From NCBI GenBank assembly GCA_963741955.1, contig CAVUKB010000001.1, positions 256,001 to 320,000 of the forward strand: a stretch of 64,000 nucleotides of DNA, given 5' to 3'. Within the stretch, counting starts at the first letter, position 1. Each line of letters starts with the position of its first letter. A model generated the notes under the pieces. The model was not told the origin of the DNA and did no database searches. It worked only from the letters and a program-made list of their open reading frames with translations. Shown in pieces: positions 10,576 through 20,524 of this stretch. The position numbers and the translations under genes were made by a program. This stretch comes from an uncultured Acidobacteriota bacterium (GTDB lineage Bacteria > Acidobacteriota > Thermoanaerobaculia > Gp7-AA8).

Positions 10576-11510
10576 GCGCGCGCGAAAAACTCCTCGCCTA
10601 CGTCGCCTTCGGTGTCGTCTGCACTGTCTGGGGGACGACGTATCTCGCCATTCGGGTGGCGATCGAGACGCTCCCGACGTTTCTGTTTCCCGGACTGCGG
10701 TTCACCATTGCCGGGGTGATTCTCCTCGCGATCTGTCTCGCCCGAGGCGAGAAGCTTCCGCCGCGGATGAGTGACTGGGCGAATCTTGCGCTCATCGGCG
10801 TTCTGATGGTCGGAGCGGGGAACGTTGCCGTGGTCTGGGCCGAGCATTGGGTGACCAGCGGATTCGCAGCGCTTCTGGTCGCGACCTCTCCTTTCTGGAT
10901 GGCGACTCTCGAAGCGCTCCGTCCGACGGGGGAGCGCCTGACGCGGCGGAAGACCACCGGGCTGCTGCTCGGATTCGCTGGCGTGCTGATCCTCGTCGCT
11001 CCGAGCATCCTCCCTTCCTCGTTCCGCCCGATGTTCCTCCTCGGGGTGATCGTCCTTCAGCTCGGTACGATCGGGTGGGACATCGGGTCGATCCGATCGA
11101 AGTACCACGCGATCAGCGCGCCGGCTCTGGTCTCTGCAGCGGTGCAGATGATCTCCGGGGGAGTGGTCGTCTCGCTGATCGGGCTCGCGCTCGGCGAGGC
11201 GCCGCAGTTTCATTTTTCGGGACGCACGCTCGCGGCGTTTCTCTATCTGGTGGTCTTCGGTTCGATCCTCGCGTACGCGGCCTACGTCTATGCGCTCTCC
11301 AAGCTTCCCACCTCGACCGTCCTGCTGCATGCGTACGTGAATCCCGCAGTGGCGGTGGTGGTCGGATGGCTGATCCTCGACGAGCCCCTCGGGTGGAACG
11401 CGATTCTAGCGATGCTGGTGATCTTCTCGGGGGTGGCGCTGGTGCAGCGCTCAGCGCGGCAGCGGCGGCTGGAGATCATCGAACCGGCAGCTTCGCTCGA
11501 GAAGGTTTGA
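10572..11510 (+). CDS. EamA/DMT family transporter
   Basis: VWGTTYLAIR, AYVNPAVAV, about 10 TM segments; ATGA overlap with the Lrp gene. Confidence 0.93.
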   Translation: MSAREKLLAYVAFGVVCTVWGTTYLAIRVAIETLPTFLFPGLRFTIAGVILLAICLARGEKLPPRMSDWANLALIGVLMVGAGNVAVVWAEHWVTSGFAALLVATSPFWMATLEALRPTGERLTRRKTTGLLLGFAGVLILVAPSILPSSFRPMFLLGVIVLQLGTIGWDIGSIRSKYHAISAPALVSAAVQMISGGVVVSLIGLALGEAPQFHFSGRTLAAFLYLVVFGSILAYAAYVYALSKLPTSTVLLHAYVNPAVAVVVGWLILDEPLGWNAILAMLVIFSGVALVQRSARQRRLEIIEPAASLEKV

Positions 11511-11544
11511 CCCGGATCGCGGGCTGGCGAAGATCGCGCTGGCC

Positions 11545-11589
11545 AAAAAAAGTGGAGGAGAGCACCGTCCGCCCACGGCGCTCCCCCCC
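11545..11589 (-). terminator. Rho-independent terminator
   Basis: Imperfect GC hairpin (11554-11568 / 11575-11589) followed by T7 on the minus strand. Confidence 0.6.
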
Positions 11590-11617
11590 TGCGACCTAAG
11601 GGGGACAGGTCGCATTT

Positions 11618-11866
11618 CTATGTCGTGTCACGTCTCTTCAGGGGACGTCCGCCGCCCCGGGACGAAGCCGTTGACCGCTTCTCGGCTCCGGCGGCCTCGA
11701 GATCGAGAGCGGAGAGTCCGCAGGTGACGAGCCGTACGAGCTCGCTCTGCCGCCTGGTCTCGGTCTTCGCGAAAATCTTCTTCAGGTGCGTTCGCGCCGT
11801 ACTCATCTCGACGCCCAACGAGTAGGTGAGCTGATCGACCGTCTTGCCGTTCACCAGCTCACATGC
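11618..11866 (-). pseudogene. 3' remnant of a LuxR-family HTH regulator
   Basis: ACELVNGKTVDQLTYSLGVEMSTARTHLKKIFAKTETRRQSELV; sequence upstream of ~11866 belongs to a different gene on the other strand. Confidence 0.75.
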
Positions 11867-13276
11867 GCGATCGAGCGTATTCTCGGGGTGCCGATCCTCA
11901 AGCGCGGTCGCATGCACCTGAATGCGCTCGCTGACGCGGCCGACAAAAACGCCGCCAAGGAAGCCTCGCGGCGGAAGGAAACAGAGGCCATCGGCGAGGC
12001 CCTCCAGCAGGCCACGGATATGAAAGCCGCGCACCAGGAGGACCTACATCGCCTCGAAGACGAGCTTGCTTTGCTTCAGCAGACCAAGTCGGAAGTGGAG
12101 CAGTATCTCCAAAATGTGCCGAAGTACACCACGCTTCTCGCACAGAAGGACGATGCGGAGGGAGATCTCGCAGACGCGCGCCAGAACGAGCAGCGTCTTC
12201 GTGGTGACCTACAGAGCGCGATGCGCGATGCGTGGCGCGGGATGCTGCGAGGCCGGATCCGAGAGGCGCGAGAAGCCGCTGAGAAGGAAGCGCAGGCGGC
12301 GCACCAACACATCGTGCATCAGCTACGGGCGGCTGCCATCGAAAGCGGTCAGTGCGGAATCTGCGAGCAGACTCTCGAGGCCTCCACGAAGCAACGTCTC
12401 AAGGGCGAGCAGAAGGATGAGGATGAGACGTACGACATTGAGGCAGCGATGACGCGCCTCGCGCAGCTGCGGAAGTTCGATGATACAGATCCTGCTCCGC
12501 TCATTCGGGAACTCTGGAAATCATTGCAGGACAATCTGATGACGCAGGCAGCGTTGAAGGACCATCTTTCGGACCTTGCCGCCGCCCTCTCTGATGCCGA
12601 TCCGCAGACCATCCGAAAGTACCAGACGACGCAGTCGGACGTGATCGAGAAGATTCACGTCGTGAAGATGGCGCGAGACGAAGCGCAGGCCAAGATCGTC
12701 GAGCAGGATCAGAGCATCCAGCGCCTGAACAAGAAGCTCGAATCGTCGGGGACCCCGGACGTGAAGGCGGCGCAGCGCAAGGCGAAGCTGCTGCGCAATG
12801 CCGCAAACGTCTTCGATGCTGCGGTTGAAAGGTACAAATCCGAACTACGCACCAAGGTCGAGGAAACGGCCACGGACTTTTTCACGTCGATGACAACCGA
12901 GAAGGAAGATTACGCCGGCCTCACCATCAACGAGAGTTATGGCCTCACGATCCGTCATCAGGATGGCCGGGCCGAAGAGGCACGCTCAGCCGGGGCCGAG
13001 CACGTCGTCGCACTCGCACTCATGGGTGCGTTGCAGAACAACGCCCCCCTTCGCGGTCCCATCGTGATGGATTCGCCCTTCGGGCGACTCGACGATGGGC
13101 ACACGTCCAACGTCGTTCGAACCCTGCCAGATATGGCACCCCATGTGGTGCTGCTCGTCTACGAGAGCGAAGTTGGACGCGGCCGGATGCGGGAACTCTT
13201 GGGTTCAAAGCTGGTACGCGAGTATGAGCTGGAGCGCATTGATTCACGGCGGACGAACATCGTCCCGGTGCAGTGA
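11867..13276 (+). pseudogene. 5'-truncated Rad50/SbcC-like ABC ATPase (DndD/PbeC-like)
   Basis: Coiled coils, CGIC hook, signature RSAGAEH, Walker B/D-loop IVMDSPFGRLD; no Walker A and no credible start. Confidence 0.75.
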
Positions 13277-13286
13277 GGAGGCGACA

Positions 13287-13634
13287 ATGGAGCAATTAGA
13301 TAAGAAGAGCGTCGGGCTGACAGCCGAGACCCAAACGCTGGTCGAGGAGATAGAGCAGACCGGCTGGTTTCTCGAGGGACAGGATATCGCGCATTTCGCG
13401 CTGTCCTACGCGATCCGAAAAGGTGTGACCCCTGGGAACACTAAGAACGCGGATACGCGGTGGGCAGTCGGAAACTTCGATGCCTCTGGAGAAATCCGCA
13501 CATTGCTCACAGCACTCTATCCGGAGTGCGAGACGCCCGTTCGGCTGATGGAGCACCTCGTGAACGAAGGACTTCAGCTTGTTGCGGAGCGGATTCGTTC
13601 TGAGGCGGTGGGGCCCGCTGAACTCATGGGATGA
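13287..13634 (+). CDS. Small partner of the SMC-like ATPase (DndE/PbeD-like by size and position)
   Basis: GAGGAGG RBS overlapping the upstream stop; 115 aa; FALSYAI segment. Confidence 0.65.
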   Translation: MEQLDKKSVGLTAETQTLVEEIEQTGWFLEGQDIAHFALSYAIRKGVTPGNTKNADTRWAVGNFDASGEIRTLLTALYPECETPVRLMEHLVNEGLQLVAERIRSEAVGPAELMG

Positions 13635-13669
13635 AGAACATACCTCTCTCGCTCGGAGTATGAAAAATC

Positions 13670-14140
13670 GTAACTCCTCGCCGTACCCCGTCTTGACTCC
13701 CGAGGCCGCGACAGAGTTGGGAGGTCGCTACGAGACAAGTTCGGAGGGAAGAACGACGATCCCTGGATTGGCGATCGCCTTCGTAAGGGCATACCTCAGG
13801 TAGGCCTTCGGCTCGACGCCGTGGAGCTTGGCGGTCTCGATGAGGGTGTAGTAGAGCGCCGCGACCTCGGTGCCGCGCCGGCTTTTCGAGCCGTAGTGGT
13901 TCTTCCGTCCGACGACGAGACCCCGAAGGGCGCGCTCGGTCGCATTGTTGTCGAGCGGGATCCGCGGGTCATCGATGAAGCGGGTCAGCCCTTCCCACAT
14001 CCCACGGGTGTAGGCGATCGCCTTTCCCAGCCCGCTCTGCGGAAGAGCCGGGGTGAGCGAGATCCGATCCAGAATCTGCCGCACGACGTCACGCGAACGC
14101 GTCTGGCGCAACTCGAGACGCAGAGCATCGCCCTCGCGCC
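13670..14140 (-). mobile_element. tnpC: IS66-family remnant (3' part of tnpC, stop at 13728, plus one end)
   Basis: LGKAIAY...IPLDNNATERALRGLVVGRKN...LIETAKLHGVEPKAYL; GTAA-starting end at 13670. Confidence 0.85.
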
Positions 14141-14167
14141 CCGCGAGGGGCGACGAGGAGCGCCGAT

Positions 14168-15169
14168 TCACTGGATGTTCGCGGTGACCCGAAACGCTCC
14201 GACGACTTTCCCGCTCTTCGACTCGAGGTGAACCGTCTCGTCGACCGGTCCCTTCGAAGCGCGCGCTCCGTCGACGGTCACGGCGAGAATCACCGAGCTG
14301 TGCGGAGGCACAGTCGAGTCGTAGTCGAACCAGAGGCAGTGGCAGGTGCTTCGTTCGAGCGAGATCCGCGCCGGCGAGTCGCCGTTGTTCACCAGCTGGA
14401 ACTGCTTGACCGCGCGCGTTCCCTGCCGGACGGTTCCGAAGTCCTCGCGGGCGGGGTGGACCTCGATCAATCCGCTGGCCGATCCGCCGGGAGAAGCAGC
14501 GGGAGTCGAAACGGTTCGCGAGGGAGGTGCCGAGTCGAGAGGCTCCACCGTTCCCGTCTCATCGGGGGTGGCGAGCGCCGTATCGAGGGGCGAGACGGAC
14601 GTGGTCGACGTGGTCTCCACACCTTCGCCGCCGCTGCTGAATCGCCAGACGACGTATCCGAGAAGGGCGAGCACCACCACGCCCACGACGACGATCATCG
14701 CGGTGCGGGTACTCCGGTCGGAGCGCGAAGGGACTCCGGGCGCCGGCTGGAGATGCTGCTCGCTCCAGCGGCCGGGCTCGGCACGCTCCCCGCGGATCGT
14801 GCTCTCCGCGGCTGCCGCTTCAGCGGCGGCGCCGGCTTCGGCCGGGAGGCTCTCTGTCGGTCCCTGCTCGAGCTCGACGAGACGCTCGACCGCCGCGCGG
14901 ATCTCCTCGCGCAACTCGCCGTAGCGTCGCGCCAAATGTTCGGTCGGCGCTTCCGCTTCGAGCCGCGCGAGCGCCTGGTCGTGGTCGGCGTACCTGCGGC
15001 GGAGGACCTCGATCTCGCGGCCGAGCGCCTGGTGCCGTTTGAGGTTCATCGTTCCGTAGTCTTCGGGCATCGCGTTCTCCGTGCCGTACGATTGTATGTC
15101 ACGGCTCTTCGGCTCATGAAGGATCCGCGCCAGCTCGCTTCCGCCGCTCGTTCGGATCGAGCTCGTCAC
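14168..15169 (-). CDS. Single-pass membrane protein: coiled coil, TM helix, S/T/P linker, C-terminal Ig-like (DUF1573-like) domain
   Basis: DFGTVRQG...FQLVNNG...STCHC. Confidence 0.7.
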   Translation of the reverse strand: MTSSIRTSGGSELARILHEPKSRDIQSYGTENAMPEDYGTMNLKRHQALGREIEVLRRRYADHDQALARLEAEAPTEHLARRYGELREEIRAAVERLVELEQGPTESLPAEAGAAAEAAAAESTIRGERAEPGRWSEQHLQPAPGVPSRSDRSTRTAMIVVVGVVVLALLGYVVWRFSSGGEGVETTSTTSVSPLDTALATPDETGTVEPLDSAPPSRTVSTPAASPGGSASGLIEVHPAREDFGTVRQGTRAVKQFQLVNNGDSPARISLERSTCHCLWFDYDSTVPPHSSVILAVTVDGARASKGPVDETVHLESKSGKVVGAFRVTANIQ

Positions 15170-15213
15170 GGTTCAGCCCCCCGAAAACGGAGAGGGTCTC
15201 GCCAGCTTTCCGG

Positions 15214-17868
15214 CTACATCGGGAGCCAGTAGCTCAATTTGACCAGGAAGACGTCGTCGGACGGCACCCGGCGGAGGGCGGAGAAATCGCGATGGAATCG
15301 GAGCTCTCCATCCTCGATGGTGTCGGCCCGGTTCTCATTCCAGACCACGAAGAGCGCGGACCCTGGGCGGAACTCCCATCTGAGGACGGCGCTGCCGCGG
15401 AGGCTGCGAAAATCGAAGTCGGGATTCGCGATCGTAAAGCGGGACGCGCCTCCCGGGCCGTCGGGATCGATCGAGTACTGATTGGTGGCGGGATCGAAAT
15501 CGACGGAGCCCTGATCCAGTCCGTACTGAATGAAGTCCCGCGTGCGAGGCGCGGCAAGCTGCCGGAACGCCCCGTAATCGCCGGAGGCGATGAACGGCTG
15601 GAGGTAGAGCTGCAGCGAGAGTCTCGAAGTGAACGTCCAGTCGAGGCGGGTTCCGAGCTCGACGGTCCGCTGATCGATTCCCGCGAAGAGGTAGCGGTTC
15701 GACGCCGTGGCGGTTGCGGTTGGATCCGCGATGGTGGTGACGTACTGTGCGAACGTGCTCGATCGTTCGAACCGTGGAGAGAGACGGAACTCGACGTTGT
15801 TGCTCGGCCGCACGACCAGAGTGAGGCCGGACGAGTCTCCGAAGGTTCCTTGCGTATTCTCCTCGTGATGGTACGAGATCTCGAACGACACCTTCCTGCG
15901 GCTGTCGCTTCCGAATCCGAGCTCGCCATCCCATCCGGGAGCCTGCTTCGCGAGTGGTCCTCCGCGGGTCATCCGATCGTCGAGGGTTTCGGCCCAGGCT
16001 CCTCCGCTTCCGAAGACGTACCAGTAGTTGGTGAGCTCGATCGATCCGCTGCCGTAGATCCCGTTGTCGATCAGGTCGCCGTCGTAATTCCAGTTCTCGT
16101 ACTTCGCGACCCGGAAATTGCGATCCCGGACGTGCTTTCCGACGTCGCGGTTGTCGTACAGCACGACGGCGTGCGAATTGGTGACGTCGCTCCTCTGCAT
16201 GAAGCCGACGTCGTTCGTCTCGAACCCGGGGGAGTAGGTCTGAAGCTGGAAGTTGTAGCGCCACCGGCCGGTCTGTTTCGCGAGAGTGGTTCTCGCGGCG
16301 AATCCGGAGAGTGAGGTTCGGTTCGGGTCGAGCTCGAAATGCGACGCGTCGGGGCGCTGGTAGTCGTGAGCCGACGATCGCTGAGTCGCGAGAATCGCTT
16401 CCGGTGTGCCATCGACCCGGCTCCCGCCGAGAAACCATTCCCAGACCAGGTCCCGGTTGCCGAACGTCCAGTAACCATCGGTGCCGCCGGTGATCGCATT
16501 GCGGTGGAGGTTGGAGACGTCGCTGTTGATGTCGCGATGCACAGAGGTGAGAAGGACTCCGATACGGCCTCGATCGCCGAGGTCTTTGGCCAGCCGGGTC
16601 ACGAGGTAGTTCGTGGTCGGAGCCACCTGGTGGCGCGAGGTCGTTCCATCGAGCGAGAACGAAGCGTGCTCCGCCGAGGTGAGCGAATCCATCGCACCGA
16701 TGGACCAGCCGCTGGCGGTCTTCCCGGTGAGCTTTCCCGCAAAAAGGATGGTCGACTGTTGCGGGGCGCGCAGGTAGTCGTAATCGAAATTGTCGATTCC
16801 CTGCGGTTGCCGTCCGATCCGCCTCGAGTAGAAGAAGCTCGGCGGATAGAGATTGAAATTGAAGTTGTTGTTCGATCCGCCACGGCCGAACTGGAAGAGG
16901 GATGAACCTTCGACGAAGAAGGGACGTTTCTCGGGAAAGAACGTCTCGAACTGAGAGAGGTTCACCACCGCCGGATCGACCTCGACCTGGCCGAAATCCG
17001 GATTGATCGAACCGGTCAGAGTCAGGTTCGAGGTGAGTCCGTACTTCACGTCGACTCCGGCGTCCTCCTTGTACTCGGAGTAGGAGTTGAGCGGGTCGCC
17101 GAGAGGAGTGCTTCCGGTGAGATTCAGACGGGAGACGACGTAAGGAACGACGTCGAGCTCGCGCTTCGGGCGGATCCCTTCGATGCCGGTGAGGTTCGCG
17201 AAGCGGGAGACGAAACCGCTGTCGTTCTTGGGAACCATCACCAGGTAATCGCGCTCGTTCTTCCGGTTGATCTCGCGGCGAAAGTTGATTCCCCAGACGT
17301 GGACGGGGCGATCGGGAAAGCGGAGCTGAGAGTAGGGGATGCGGATCTCCGCGGTCCAGCCGCCCGGAGTGATTTTCGTAGCGGAGGTCCATATCCCGTC
17401 CCATTCGGGATCCTCGTAGTTGTCGTTGTAGAGGGCCTCGTCGAACTGGACGTTCGCGGGGTTGACCTGGAACCAGGCACCGCTACGATGGTCGTGGTGG
17501 GGATCGAGGGCGACGGCGAACGTGTCCGACTCGAGCTCCAAATCGCGCCGGCCGAGGAGAGAGGTCACTTTGGCGCTGTCGTCGAGGCGCGCGGCGAAAT
17601 AGATGGCGTTGTCGTCGTAGAGGATACGGACGGAAGTCTTCTCGGCAGGCGCGGCGCCTTCGTTCGGGTCGCGCTGAGTGAAATCGGTGATCTCTGGAGC
17701 GAGTTGCCATACCGGGTCCGAGAGATCGCCATCGATCGCAGGCGGGGCGGGCGTGCGAACCGCACGCACCTCGGGAACGGCGCCCGGCGCCCAGGTGGAC
17801 GCAGAGATGGACGAGGTGATCCCGGCCAGAAGGACGATCAGGATATGCATACGGACAGTTTTCTGCAT
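15214..17868 (-). CDS. CBM9-like/DUF5916 outer-membrane protein
   Basis: Signal peptide, PAIDGDLSDPVW, AEIRIPYSQLRF, NPDFGQVEVD, FFPEKRPFFVEG, FYSRRIG, beta-strand C-terminus KLSYWLPM. Confidence 0.85.
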   Translation of the reverse strand: MQKTVRMHILIVLLAGITSSISASTWAPGAVPEVRAVRTPAPPAIDGDLSDPVWQLAPEITDFTQRDPNEGAAPAEKTSVRILYDDNAIYFAARLDDSAKVTSLLGRRDLELESDTFAVALDPHHDHRSGAWFQVNPANVQFDEALYNDNYEDPEWDGIWTSATKITPGGWTAEIRIPYSQLRFPDRPVHVWGINFRREINRKNERDYLVMVPKNDSGFVSRFANLTGIEGIRPKRELDVVPYVVSRLNLTGSTPLGDPLNSYSEYKEDAGVDVKYGLTSNLTLTGSINPDFGQVEVDPAVVNLSQFETFFPEKRPFFVEGSSLFQFGRGGSNNNFNFNLYPPSFFYSRRIGRQPQGIDNFDYDYLRAPQQSTILFAGKLTGKTASGWSIGAMDSLTSAEHASFSLDGTTSRHQVAPTTNYLVTRLAKDLGDRGRIGVLLTSVHRDINSDVSNLHRNAITGGTDGYWTFGNRDLVWEWFLGGSRVDGTPEAILATQRSSAHDYQRPDASHFELDPNRTSLSGFAARTTLAKQTGRWRYNFQLQTYSPGFETNDVGFMQRSDVTNSHAVVLYDNRDVGKHVRDRNFRVAKYENWNYDGDLIDNGIYGSGSIELTNYWYVFGSGGAWAETLDDRMTRGGPLAKQAPGWDGELGFGSDSRRKVSFEISYHHEENTQGTFGDSSGLTLVVRPSNNVEFRLSPRFERSSTFAQYVTTIADPTATATASNRYLFAGIDQRTVELGTRLDWTFTSRLSLQLYLQPFIASGDYGAFRQLAAPRTRDFIQYGLDQGSVDFDPATNQYSIDPDGPGGASRFTIANPDFDFRSLRGSAVLRWEFRPGSALFVVWNENRADTIEDGELRFHRDFSALRRVPSDDVFLVKLSYWLPM

Positions 17869-18030
17869 TGCTTCCGAACTCGTTCCCGGTGTTCGATAAT
17901 GAGCGGCCGAATGAGGGTACTGGTTTGTTAAGACGAAAATGAACCCTCAGAGTTTGGCGCGGAATACGTATTTTCAGGTTTGTGACATCGAGAGCATCGC
18001 ATGAGCATGGAACGAGGGCGAAGATCGGAC

Positions 18031-19665
18031 ATGAAGATTTACGCGGGACAGATCAATCCGACCATCGGAGCGCTGGATGCGAATCGGGCTCTGATCGAAA
18101 AAGTGTATCGCGAAGGAGTCGCTGCGGGCGCCGACGTGGTGATGGTTCCGGAGCTCGCGGTGACCGGCTATCCGCCCCGCGACCTGCTGGACCGGCCGAC
18201 GTTCGTCGACGCGAATCTCGCGGTCCGCGATCAGCTGGTCGCGATGACCGGCGAGACCGCGTTGATCTTCGGGTGTGTGACGCGGAATCAGTCGGGGGTG
18301 GGAAAACCGCTGCGAAACGTGGCGGTGGTCGCGCGCGAGGGGAAGATTCTGCTCGAGCAGACGAAAACGCTTCTGCCGACCTACGACGTCTTCGACGAGC
18401 TGCGGTATTTCGAGCCGGCCGGAGTCACGACGCCGCTGGACCTGCTGGGTCACAGGATCGGCGTGGCGATCTGCGAAGATTTCTGGTTCAACGAACTGGT
18501 GGCGGGGCAGCGGTTGTACGGACGCAACCCCGTCGAGACGCTCGCTGCTGCCGGTTGCGACGTTCTGCTCAACATCTCCGCTTCGCCGTTCAATGCCGGC
18601 AAGCGTGCGGCGCGTCATGAGATCTTCCGGGATATCGCGGTGCGCTACGGCGTGCCGATCGTGTACGTGAACCAGGTCGGCGGGAACGACGAGCTCCTGT
18701 TCGACGGGTCGAGTCTGGTGCTGGATCATTCAGGCGCACCGATTTACTGCGCCCACGCGTTCGAGACCGACCACTTTCTCGCGTCACTCGAAGGGCCACC
18801 CTGCGGCGAATTCGAATCGACTTCCTCCGTCGCGGAGATCGTCGCCGCGCTCGAGCTCGGCCTTCGTGACTACGTGCGCAAATGCGGCTTCTCCGACGTG
18901 GTGGTGGGACTCTCAGGCGGCATCGACTCCGCCGTCACCGCGGCGATCGCGGTACGGGCGCTCGGTCCGGAGCACGTCACCGGAATCGCGATGCCGTCGC
19001 AGTTCTCTTCGAAAGGGAGTGTCGACGATGCGCGGCAGCTCGCGCGGAATCTCGGGATCGCGTTTCACCTCGTGCAGATCACGAAGATCTACGAGGGATA
19101 TCGAGGGGCCTTCGACGATCTTTTCGAGAATCACCGGTTCGACATCACCGATGAAAATGTGCAGGCGCGGATCCGGGGCAACCTCCTGATGGCGTGGTCG
19201 AACAAGAACGGTGCGATGGTGCTGAGCACCGGAAACAAATCCGAGCTCGCGGTCGGCTACTGCACGCTCTACGGCGACATGGCGGGGGGCCTCGACCTTC
19301 TCGGGGACGTCTACAAGACGACGGTCTACGACCTCGCGCGCTGGATCAACGGTGGAGGCGAAGTCATCCCGGAGAGCTCCATCACCAAGGCGCCCTCGGC
19401 GGAGCTGAGGCCGGACCAGACGGACCGGGATTCTCTCCCCCCTTACGAGACGCTCGACGCGATCCTGAAGCTCTACATCGAGCAGTGGAAGGAAGTCGAC
19501 GAGATCGTCGACGCTGGGTTCGACCGGGAACTGGTCTCGCGCGTATTGCGGATGGTGGACGGGAACGAGTTCAAGCGCCGGCAGGCCGCGCCCACCATCC
19601 GGGTGTCGAGCAAGGCGTTCGGAACGGGGAGGCAGATTCCGATCGCGCAGCGCTGGCGGCGTTGA
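18031..19665 (+). CDS. nadE: Glutamine-dependent NAD+ synthetase
   Basis: Nitrilase domain (PELAVTGYPPRDL, ICEDFW) plus SGGIDS, ENVQARIRG, TGNKSE, APSAELRP. Confidence 0.96.
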   Translation: MKIYAGQINPTIGALDANRALIEKVYREGVAAGADVVMVPELAVTGYPPRDLLDRPTFVDANLAVRDQLVAMTGETALIFGCVTRNQSGVGKPLRNVAVVAREGKILLEQTKTLLPTYDVFDELRYFEPAGVTTPLDLLGHRIGVAICEDFWFNELVAGQRLYGRNPVETLAAAGCDVLLNISASPFNAGKRAARHEIFRDIAVRYGVPIVYVNQVGGNDELLFDGSSLVLDHSGAPIYCAHAFETDHFLASLEGPPCGEFESTSSVAEIVAALELGLRDYVRKCGFSDVVVGLSGGIDSAVTAAIAVRALGPEHVTGIAMPSQFSSKGSVDDARQLARNLGIAFHLVQITKIYEGYRGAFDDLFENHRFDITDENVQARIRGNLLMAWSNKNGAMVLSTGNKSELAVGYCTLYGDMAGGLDLLGDVYKTTVYDLARWINGGGEVIPESSITKAPSAELRPDQTDRDSLPPYETLDAILKLYIEQWKEVDEIVDAGFDRELVSRVLRMVDGNEFKRRQAAPTIRVSSKAFGTGRQIPIAQRWRR

Positions 19666-19778
19666 GCCGGCCGGAGGCGGGAGCGCGGATGAGCCACGAC
19701 CGGAGGAACGCACCATCTGCGTTCCGGAAACTCTCCTGCTTTACGGGCGCCGCGCTTCCGTCGCGACGCCGGTTTCCC

Positions 19779-20060
19779 TCAGCGTTCTTTCCCTGCGGTG
19801 CTCGGTGTTCCAGCGGGTGTGGCAAACGACGGCTCTCCCGGTCCGAGCGTGGGACGTGCAACCGTACCGGTGATTCCGACCGCTTCGGCGTACTTCAGAT
19901 ATGTGTCGATCGAGGCGATGACCACGCGTGCTTCGACCGTGATCAGGTCGATTCCCACGAGGGAGATTCGGACCCACGCGTCGACGACGATGCCCTTGTC
20001 GAGAATTCGATCGAGTACGTCGACGAGGCTGCTGCCACCCGGTGCTCTTTCGACTGCCAT
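19779..20060 (-). CDS. gvpA: Gas vesicle major structural protein
   Basis: [53 protein letters not shown]. Confidence 0.95.
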   Translation of the reverse strand: MAVERAPGGSSLVDVLDRILDKGIVVDAWVRISLVGIDLITVEARVVIASIDTYLKYAEAVGITGTVARPTLGPGEPSFATPAGTPSTAGKER

Positions 20061-20063
20061 CCG

Positions 20064-20405
20064 TTACCTGCCTTTCGGTGTCGCTTTCCGCGATCCCTTA
20101 TTCATCTGCTCCGTCCGGCTGCTCTCGAGCCGGTCCAGACGAGCTTTCAGTTCATCAATCTCGCCGCTGGTCTCAGCGCCGGGAAGGGCCGAGTAGAAGC
20201 GCTCATTCCGCCACCAGTTCAGTCCAATCGCCTCGGCTTTGTCGATCGAACAGATCACCAGTCGAAGCTGGATCGTCAGCAGCTCGACGTTCGCGAGCGA
20301 GACTTTGATATCTCCGGCGACCACCAGTCCTTTGTCGAGAATCTTGTCGAGGATGTCGACCAGCCCCTGCGGCTGTCGTTGGGCCACGCGATTTTCAAAG
20401 GCCAA
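20064..20405 (-). CDS. gvpJ: GvpA-family accessory protein, GvpJ-like
   Basis: LVDILDKILDKGLVVAGDIKVSLANVELLTIQLRLVICSIDKAEAIGLNWW; TTG start with GGAGG RBS. Confidence 0.8.
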   Translation of the reverse strand: MAFENRVAQRQPQGLVDILDKILDKGLVVAGDIKVSLANVELLTIQLRLVICSIDKAEAIGLNWWRNERFYSALPGAETSGEIDELKARLDRLESSRTEQMNKGSRKATPKGR

Positions 20406-20524
20406 GTCACTCCTCCATCCGCCTGTCGCGGCTGCCCCTCCATGGGGCCGTCTCGATCTTGTGGCTACACAGGTTCTCGGAAGCGACGGCTCAAGTCAAC
20501 AGCCGATCCTCGGCAGAGCCTGCA

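Noticed and set aside
11786-11866. ORF-track GTG start giving an intact 496-aa ATPase
   Set aside because: This stretch is the antisense of the LuxR remnant and the product lacks Walker A
281-14021. Frequent GCGATCGC (HIP1-like) octamers, e.g. 281, 2693, 3281, 8284, 13771, 14014
   Set aside because: Plausibly explained by Ala-Ile-Ala codon usage in GC-rich genes; needs a codon-aware count that I cannot run
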